Source of the DNA: a virus
Taxonomy: Duplodnaviria > Caudoviricetes
DNA: 64,000 nt
IMG/VR virus record: IMGVR_UViG_3300021399_000009
Coordinates: 44,607 to 108,606 of that record
Reading direction: 5' to 3' (one strand)
Shown piece after piece: positions 57,731 to 64,000 of this stretch. Both the position numbers and the translations under genes were made by a program. The notes below the pieces were generated by a model that did not search any database, was not told the origin of the DNA, and saw only the letters and a program-made list of their open reading frames with translations. The number at the start of each line of letters is the position of its first letter. Position 1 is the stretch's first letter.

Positions 57731-57964
57731 ATGCCAACTAAAAAGGAAATTTGCACAAATAATAAGTCCATAGCTTATTGGAGTGGCTGCAACGGACTGG
57801 AAATTAAGCACATAGAGTACGGCATAGATGATTATGTGTACTTTGTCGCTGGAGCTTGGAACGGAAAACCCACATACCATAAGGCTAAAGTTCATTACGG
57901 AGAACGTGCGTATTTTAGATACCACGGATATACCGTCTATCTCGATGAATGTATCAGAATGTGA
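57731..57964 (+). CDS. Hypothetical protein
   Basis: AAGGAGG RBS. Confidence 0.75.
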   Translation: MPTKKEICTNNKSIAYWSGCNGLEIKHIEYGIDDYVYFVAGAWNGKPTYHKAKVHYGERAYFRYHGYTVYLDECIRM

Positions 57965-57974
57965 GGAAAAAGCT

Positions 57975-58226
57975 ATGTATAGAAATTTTCATATATTCAA
58001 CACTGGAAATTCCTTTGTGGTCAAAGCTGATAGCAAGCGTTTTGGAAAACAGGCTATTGTTTATGAGGACTATGACCTTAAAAAATGCGTATCGTGGATA
58101 TATTCACATTACCGTAATAATAATGGAAAAATTATAACAAACAGAAGGTGGACTGACCGTATATATGCAATTGCTATGTCAACCTGTAATTGTGCGGATA
58201 ATCCTTGGTTTAAGGGAGGAAAATAA
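57975..58226 (+). CDS. Hypothetical protein
   Basis: GAGG RBS; VKADSKRFG. Confidence 0.7.
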   Translation: MYRNFHIFNTGNSFVVKADSKRFGKQAIVYEDYDLKKCVSWIYSHYRNNNGKIITNRRWTDRIYAIAMSTCNCADNPWFKGGK

Positions 58227-58228
58227 CT

Positions 58229-58438
58229 ATGAATAAACGTCAGAAGAAAATGAAATGGAACAAAATTCACTGGAATAGATATATGCGTTTTTGTGATTTG
58301 GCTATGCGTGTATCCGTACAGGCTGATATTATACAGCGTATGAGTAATTCCTCCGAAAATGATAAAATAAGAATATATCTTAATGAAATCAAAAAAGAAA
58401 TGGAAAATATACGATATGATATGACAGGAGGAAAATAA
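58229..58438 (+). CDS. Hypothetical protein
   Basis: GGGAGG RBS. Confidence 0.7.
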   Translation: MNKRQKKMKWNKIHWNRYMRFCDLAMRVSVQADIIQRMSNSSENDKIRIYLNEIKKEMENIRYDMTGGK

Positions 58439-58439
58439 T

Positions 58440-58811
58440 ATGTTACACATTAATTCAAAACCAATCACGGAAAAAGCTCAGATAGGCTGTCTGAACTATA
58501 GCTCTATCTTTTCGGAACTTATTCACGCTGCAATTGTATGTGAATACTATGCAAGCGATGTATTCATAGACTTAAAGCGGATAGAGTGTGCTATCACGGG
58601 TGCGGAAAATAAAGTGTTCTATCTCGGTTATCGTGATAATGGTGTTGATGGAAAAACTTTTGTCAAGTCACGACTTTCGGAAAATAGATACTATGAATAT
58701 ATCCGTTTGTACAGACTGGAAATATCTTCTGACGGAGAATATATTACAGTGGAACTCAAACGTATATCAAGCTATGATGCACATAAGGAACTTTGCGAGG
58801 AGGAAAAGTAA
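58440..58811 (+). CDS. Hypothetical protein
   Basis: AGGAGG RBS; YASDV.ID...G.RDNGVD. Confidence 0.75.
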   Translation: MLHINSKPITEKAQIGCLNYSSIFSELIHAAIVCEYYASDVFIDLKRIECAITGAENKVFYLGYRDNGVDGKTFVKSRLSENRYYEYIRLYRLEISSDGEYITVELKRISSYDAHKELCEEEK

Positions 58812-59360
58812 ATGAAAAATATTATATTCTCAAACTATTATGACAGTGACAGGGAAAAAGCAACAAGAGAGTTCTTGCTGGAAGATAGAGGCGAGGACAA
58901 CGGCTGGGAAACTATTGACGATATTCCAGACAGTGAAGTGTGGGATGAAATGTCATTCAATGAACAGATGGACTGGGAAAGTGTTACAAGCGAACTGGAA
59001 AACTTCTTTGAGGGTAAGGAAATTCTTGTCATCGGAACTGTAGGCAGATGGAATGGCACATACTCTGCTGGAAAAGTTATATCATATAACGAACTTCATA
59101 AGTGCTGGTCTGACTGCGACTATGTGGAAATCTATGACGAGGACGGTCATATGCACATCAATGCAAGTCACCATGACGGAAATAATCACTTTGAAGTCAA
59201 GATTCTTACGGGAAAAGGCAGAAACTACTATTCACGTTGGAATGAGAATTGGAGTGATTCACGGTCAGAACAGGAAATTCACACAAAACTTGTGGAAAGT
59301 TCACGCTATACCCACATACCACACTTTGCAAGGAAAGTTTACGGCTGTAAAACACGATAG
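58812..59360 (+). CDS. Acidic hypothetical protein
   Basis: GAGGAGG RBS; GRWNG, HHDG motifs. Confidence 0.8.
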   Translation: MKNIIFSNYYDSDREKATREFLLEDRGEDNGWETIDDIPDSEVWDEMSFNEQMDWESVTSELENFFEGKEILVIGTVGRWNGTYSAGKVISYNELHKCWSDCDYVEIYDEDGHMHINASHHDGNNHFEVKILTGKGRNYYSRWNENWSDSRSEQEIHTKLVESSRYTHIPHFARKVYGCKTR

Positions 59361-59433
59361 GAAAAAGTATAATGGGCACTTGCAAGTCCCATTACCATAT
59401 ACGATAAGGAAATTTTTAAAGGAGGAAATTACT

Positions 59434-59850
59434 ATGGTAAACAAATTAAGTAAAATATTCCCTAATGGCTGTACATCAAGACAGAGGGATAATCTTATCG
59501 AGGAAATATGCAGTCAGTACGGAAATGTAGGCAATTGGAAAAAATGGTCTGATTCTGCTAAACAACTTTATGAGGAAATGAGTGCATTAAATATGCTTGA
59601 AAGTTGCTTTGCGTATGGTGGAATATCTACATTCTATGACCAGCATAAAGCTTGGGAATATTGTGGAGAGGGCAGTCATTATGACCATTACTTAGCGGAC
59701 TATATTGAAGTCGGTGGAAATAAGAAAGAATTTGATAAAATGATAGAAATTCAGACTAAATATCTCACGGAAAAATGTGAAGTAGTATACGCTGGAACTG
59801 ATGGCGAGGGACTTTCGTACAATGGAATAAGGGAGGTATCAGCAATATGA
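59434..59850 (+). CDS. Hypothetical protein
   Basis: AAGGAGG RBS; TDGEGLSYN. Confidence 0.75.
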   Translation: MVNKLSKIFPNGCTSRQRDNLIEEICSQYGNVGNWKKWSDSAKQLYEEMSALNMLESCFAYGGISTFYDQHKAWEYCGEGSHYDHYLADYIEVGGNKKEFDKMIEIQTKYLTEKCEVVYAGTDGEGLSYNGIREVSAI

Positions 59851-60032
59851 GAATAACAGTATATTTTAGCAATGGAGCTATTAAGGAATATTCTGATGTT
59901 AAAGATACTCGGAAAGTTTGGAGGGATGTATCAAAACTCTGTAAGGCTTATGGAAAATTTAGAAGTCACTTCATAAACATTTGCGGAACGGAATGGAAAG
60001 TAAGAGTAATAAAGGTTGTCAAGGAGGATTGA
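59847..60032 (+). CDS. Hypothetical protein
   Basis: GGGAGG RBS, ATGA overlap. Confidence 0.7.
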   Translation: MRITVYFSNGAIKEYSDVKDTRKVWRDVSKLCKAYGKFRSHFINICGTEWKVRVIKVVKED

Positions 60033-60035
60033 GCT

Positions 60036-60200
60036 ATGACGGTATTGGAAATATTAAAAAAGCGTAGAGAAATCTACACAAAGGAACTGGAAAATAAGTA
60101 TATTGGACAAAAACGAAAAGCTGATACTGAAAGTAGATTATCAGAAGTGGAAAACTTAATATTCATTATCACTACAAACAATATTGATATAGTCAAGTAA
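60036..60200 (+). CDS. Small protein (54 aa)
   Basis: AAGGAGG RBS; absent from the ORF track. Confidence 0.6.
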   Translation: MTVLEILKKRREIYTKELENKYIGQKRKADTESRLSEVENLIFIITTNNIDIVK

Positions 60201-60213
60201 GGAGGAAATTATT

Positions 60214-60903
60214 ATGTTAAAAGGAATGATTAAGGAATACACAGAGCTTATGACTTCTCTCAATGAGAGTAAGGAAAAAGCCGATGCCATGAATAAGAAA
60301 ATGTTTAAGACGGACATCAAAGACAGGCTTGCCGATAAAGACGGTTGGAAAAAGCAGCTTGATGAATACGCTCATATGGAGAATACAATAAAGCATAAAC
60401 AGGAATATCTGTACATTCTCCAATACAATATGTTCAATGCTTTTATAGTTGAGAATATGGAAACGATAAGGGAAATTATAAACAAGTACGCTAATAAGCC
60501 TATCGGGGAAAAGCGTAGAGGAAATTTGTATGATGAAATTCACGCCCTTATTCCGAAAGAAGTTATGTATATTTTCAGCATAAGCATTAACTACGGAACT
60601 TTCGGAGGAATAGAAATATACCTCAACTACAAGAATAACCGCCATTGGGTATGGATAATTGATAGCAGAGAGGGTAACACATATTCAGAACTGACAGAGG
60701 AAAAAGTCTCTGACATAATCAATAACGCAAAGGGAAAAATCGTCAATGATATTGACAAATACATTGCTGATACCTATGAAAAAATAGCTGTCCTCAATGG
60801 GAAAATAGAGGAAGTTGAAAAGCTGTATTCAGAAGTTAGGGATGCAGCCGATGAAATGAATATATGGTCATATGACACGACTGTAAAGAAGTATAGAATA
60901 TAA
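60214..60903 (+). CDS. Coiled-coil hypothetical protein
   Basis: AAGGAGG RBS. Confidence 0.8.
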   Translation: MLKGMIKEYTELMTSLNESKEKADAMNKKMFKTDIKDRLADKDGWKKQLDEYAHMENTIKHKQEYLYILQYNMFNAFIVENMETIREIINKYANKPIGEKRRGNLYDEIHALIPKEVMYIFSISINYGTFGGIEIYLNYKNNRHWVWIIDSREGNTYSELTEEKVSDIINNAKGKIVNDIDKYIADTYEKIAVLNGKIEEVEKLYSEVRDAADEMNIWSYDTTVKKYRI

Positions 60904-60958
60904 AGCTATTGGAAAAAAGTAACAAATAAATATTACATTATTTGTACAATGTAACCTA

Positions 60959-60987
60959 TTGACAAAGTACAAATAGTGTAGTATAAT
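60959..60987 (+). promoter_or_regulatory. Sigma-A promoter with operator motif in the spacer
   Basis: TTGACA-AAGTACAAATAGTGTAG-TATAAT; second degenerate copy at 60998-61014. Confidence 0.9.
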
Positions 60988-61031
60988 ACAATTACCGAAG
61001 AACAAATCGTAAAGTGATTAAGGAGGAAAAC

Positions 61032-61355
61032 ATGGCAAAGGAAAAATACTTTTACAAAAAATACTTTTACATTGTTGAATATCAGGGCGGTGCTGAATAT
61101 GAACCTGCGGAGGGCGGATATTATGTACCGGTGACGGAAGTTTCCGCAGTATCTACAAAGCGTTATAAGGAAAAACACGCAAGGCGAGAATTAAAAAAGG
61201 CTATTAAAGAAGCATCCGAATATTATGGCGAACCTACTTATGTGGGAAGATATAATGCCGTATGGTCTACCGGAAAATATGTAGGCGATACATTTGAAAT
61301 TCGCATGACTGGCTGTCCTGCGTTACATGAACAGCACTATTATGGATATTGTTAA
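61032..61355 (+). CDS. Hypothetical protein (YEPAEGGYY motif)
   Basis: AAGGAGG RBS. Confidence 0.8.
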   Translation: MAKEKYFYKKYFYIVEYQGGAEYEPAEGGYYVPVTEVSAVSTKRYKEKHARRELKKAIKEASEYYGEPTYVGRYNAVWSTGKYVGDTFEIRMTGCPALHEQHYYGYC

Positions 61356-61371
61356 TTAAGGAGGAAATGTT

Positions 61372-62268
61372 ATGAATACACCATTATCAAATCTGTTAAA
61401 GGAAAATAGCAAAGCGTTACAGGGACTTCACGCTATTGCTGATATGGACTTTCAGAAGCCATTTACCATAATAGAGTGTACTGGAAACTTTACATACAAC
61501 TCTATTCTTAATGTGTTCGGAAAACCTGACCTTGATGAAGTCAATATATTTGTAATGTACAAGTCATCTAAGAGCTGGGATGCAAACTATAATTATCTCG
61601 TTCACCTTATCAAGGGAGGAAAATTTGAGAGTCAGAGAGGGGAAATTGAAGGCTATGAGTCAGTTAGTGGCTGGCGTTGGTTCGATACTGCAATAGGTAA
61701 AGGAACTTTTGAGAAAATAAGAAAAGACAAGAATTGCCACTACTGGATAATTGCACAGGAACGGAAATATGCTGTACAGTCTGAGCTTAAAGTTGTGGAT
61801 TATTCCGTAAGATACAGAACAAAAATAGACTATGGAAATTATTATGCGATACCGTATCACAAAAATGGTGATTGGTATTATGACAATGTATGTGATTCAT
61901 TATCAAAGTATAACTTTGATAAATCAGGCTATACGTCACTCGTCAATAATTATGATAACAGAGTACGGAAACTTAAAGCAGAACGCTCCGCTGCCGAGGC
62001 TGCAAAGTTTGACAATACGGAAAAGCTTAGAGAGTTCACTGAGCGTATTAATCATTGCAACGAGGCATTGCAGATTATTCTCGCAGGAAATTATTTGGAT
62101 ATTGACTATGAGAAAATCTCAGATGCCATACGTTGTCTGCGATTTGGAAAACATTTTTATAAACAACTTAAAGCAAACAACTTTACTTCCATGAGAGATA
62201 TTAATTATACTTTGGAAAGATTGGAAGATGAAGTTGGAAGTGCTGAAAAGCATTTGAAGGGAGAGTAA
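61372..62268 (+). CDS. Hypothetical protein
   Basis: AAGGAGG RBS; DKSGY motif. Confidence 0.8.
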   Translation: MNTPLSNLLKENSKALQGLHAIADMDFQKPFTIIECTGNFTYNSILNVFGKPDLDEVNIFVMYKSSKSWDANYNYLVHLIKGGKFESQRGEIEGYESVSGWRWFDTAIGKGTFEKIRKDKNCHYWIIAQERKYAVQSELKVVDYSVRYRTKIDYGNYYAIPYHKNGDWYYDNVCDSLSKYNFDKSGYTSLVNNYDNRVRKLKAERSAAEAAKFDNTEKLREFTERINHCNEALQIILAGNYLDIDYEKISDAIRCLRFGKHFYKQLKANNFTSMRDINYTLERLEDEVGSAEKHLKGE

Positions 62269-62269
62269 A

Positions 62270-62527
62270 ATGAAAAATAAAAAAATGGAAAATATAATTA
62301 ATAAACTGCTTGATTCCGCATTGAATGATGCGGAGTCTGCTCTCAAAAATAAAAAGGGACTTAATAATGACCTTGTATGCAAAAACTATTATCACTCTAT
62401 GGGGGTATATCATGGAATTTGTTCGGTCTTGGAAAAGATTTCAATAGACAAGTATATAAAACGCTTTGAAAATGACAGACTCCGTATGTATGATATACTC
62501 CAAAAAGCTGATACTCTAAACTTATAA
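62270..62527 (+). CDS. Hypothetical protein
   Basis: GGGAG RBS. Confidence 0.7.
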   Translation: MKNKKMENIINKLLDSALNDAESALKNKKGLNNDLVCKNYYHSMGVYHGICSVLEKISIDKYIKRFENDRLRMYDILQKADTLNL

Positions 62528-62553
62528 ATAAAGAAAAAAACAGGAGACAACAA

Positions 62554-62745
62554 ATGAAGCACTATCGCTTAAAGGAAAATATTAAACAGGGAATATTCCT
62601 GATAGCATTAGGTTGCATCTGTCATAAGGTAGGAGCGGACGGAGCAGCAATTATAATGTGGTTTCTGGGAACAATAATATTCCTTGGAAAAAAAGAGGAG
62701 GAAGTCAATGACTCAGAAGCAGAGAGAAAATTGTCTCAAAGTTAA
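62554..62745 (+). CDS. Small two-TM membrane protein
   Basis: AGGAG RBS; two hydrophobic segments. Confidence 0.65.
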   Translation: MKHYRLKENIKQGIFLIALGCICHKVGADGAAIIMWFLGTIIFLGKKEEEVNDSEAERKLSQS

Positions 62746-62950
62746 ATCTGCTTTGATTGACATTTTCGACAACGGAAGATTAACAAAGTATCTTCCTACA
62801 AGTTATCTCGCATTTGAATTGGCGAGAACATACAATCATATAATTAAAAATGAACCTGTGGAAACTATCAATAAAGAGCTTAAAGACTTCTACGAAAAGA
62901 ATGGGTTCACAATCAAAAACAAAGGTATAGGCTGGACAATCAGCTTATAA
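62708..62950 (+). CDS. Hypothetical protein
   Basis: GAGGAGG RBS. Confidence 0.65.
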   Translation: MTQKQRENCLKVKSALIDIFDNGRLTKYLPTSYLAFELARTYNHIIKNEPVETINKELKDFYEKNGFTIKNKGIGWTISL

Positions 62951-62980
62951 TAAATATTGAATTTTTAGGAGGAAAATATT

Positions 62981-63991
62981 ATGACAAAGGCAAACATTTC
63001 TTGGAACATTAATCAGATAGTAAAGGGTATGAACAATGGAACTATCCGCTTTGACAATGCTATTCAGAGAGGGTATGTGTGGGACAAAAAGAGAGCATCA
63101 CTTCTTATTGATAGCGTACTCAGGGAATATCCTGTACCGCCTATTTTCACAATCAAGACAGAGGAAAAAATCAAGGTTAAGAGTAAGGAAGTTTCTGTCT
63201 ATGACTGCATAGACGGAAAGCAGAGGTCAACTACATTCAAGTTGTTTATGGAAAATGCTTTTAAACTGGAAGGACTTGAACCAATTATTCAGTCAGACGG
63301 TTCGGAAATTGATATAAATGGACTGACCTTTGAAGAACTTGACGAGGAAATGCAGGATGCTATTAAATCATATACGTTGACAGTTTATTACTTCTCAGAC
63401 ATTACCGATGATGAAGTTGCGGAAATGATGTCAAGACTGAATAATGGTAAGGTACTGACTGGAACGGAAAATGCACGTATCAAAGCAAAGCAGCTTGACA
63501 CTATTAAGGAACTTGCAAGTCATAATCTGCTGACAAACTACCTTACGGAAAAAGCCATTAAGGGATATGTCAATGAGGACATCGTAATCAAGTTCGCACT
63601 TCTTCTTAGCGAACAGACGGAACTTTCAAATAAGAATGTTCGTGAAGCATATGAAACTTATAGTTTTGGAGAAACCATTTGTAAGAGTATCAATGATACT
63701 ATGGACTTTGTTCTTGAAGCTATCGAGGATAGCACTGATGACAGGAAGATTATCAAGCGTATGACTTCAAAGGCAAATCTGATAACTATTCTGTATGTGG
63801 CTCACGAATATCTTATCAATGGAAATTCTGATGTGAGTGAGTTCGCTGATAGACTGGCTGAGTTCTTCAATGGAACTGAGGGAGCTACTATTTCGGAAGA
63901 TTATAACGATGCTTGCACCAATGGAACAATGCGTAGTGCAAATGTACTTACAAGGAATGACGAGTTCTACAAGTATGTAATAGGAGAATAA
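62981..63991 (+). CDS. Stand-alone DUF262 (ParB-like, GmrSD N-terminal type) protein
   Basis: QRGYVW, LIDSVL..YPVP, IDGKQR, RLNNG..LT. Confidence 0.88.
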   Translation: MTKANISWNINQIVKGMNNGTIRFDNAIQRGYVWDKKRASLLIDSVLREYPVPPIFTIKTEEKIKVKSKEVSVYDCIDGKQRSTTFKLFMENAFKLEGLEPIIQSDGSEIDINGLTFEELDEEMQDAIKSYTLTVYYFSDITDDEVAEMMSRLNNGKVLTGTENARIKAKQLDTIKELASHNLLTNYLTEKAIKGYVNEDIVIKFALLLSEQTELSNKNVREAYETYSFGETICKSINDTMDFVLEAIEDSTDDRKIIKRMTSKANLITILYVAHEYLINGNSDVSEFADRLAEFFNGTEGATISEDYNDACTNGTMRSANVLTRNDEFYKYVIGE

Positions 63992-64000
63992 TATAACATT

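Noticed and set aside
59053-59433. N-terminal extension of the 265-aa ORF
   Set aside because: Overlaps the 58812-59360 gene; the real start is at 59434 with an AAGGAGG RBS

Overview
The whole window is part of a large temperate siphophage of an anaerobic Firmicute (sigma-A promoters, GGAGG RBSs, class III RNR), organised like SPbeta-type phages and apparently unintegrated. From left to right: (i) a + strand nucleotide/redox operon (IscS-like desulfurase, SleB-like hydrolase, HPr-like protein, ThyX, guanylate kinase, two glutaredoxin-like proteins, NrdD/NrdG, ferredoxin-thioredoxin-reductase-like protein, HAD nucleotidase, dUTPase). (ii) A large serine integrase whose 3' coding end contains a 56-bp attP-like inverted repeat, converging on a small candidate RDF. 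(iii) A ~38-kb minus-strand late region (lysis, tail, tape measure, head, portal, terminase, 3 tRNAs, phosphoesterase, beta-CASP nuclease, ClpP). (iv) A YonO-like single-subunit RNA polymerase and a wHTH replication-type protein with iterons. (v) A ~2-kb non-coding origin/terminus region. (vi) A + strand early region. The strongest novelty candidates cluster at the start of the early region: a ~550-nt densely base-paired RNA, a SAM-lyase-like first gene, a twister (P5-type) ribozyme, and a strand-specific GGAAA excess (hand count 49 in 3 kb versus about 2 in a control 3 kb). Also notable are a dispersed asymmetric 17-bp operator/stoperator-like motif (at least 11 copies), an attP inside the integrase ORF, and a tRNA with a Glu anticodon on a His-like body. 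All protein calls come from motif recognition by eye; no searches were run.
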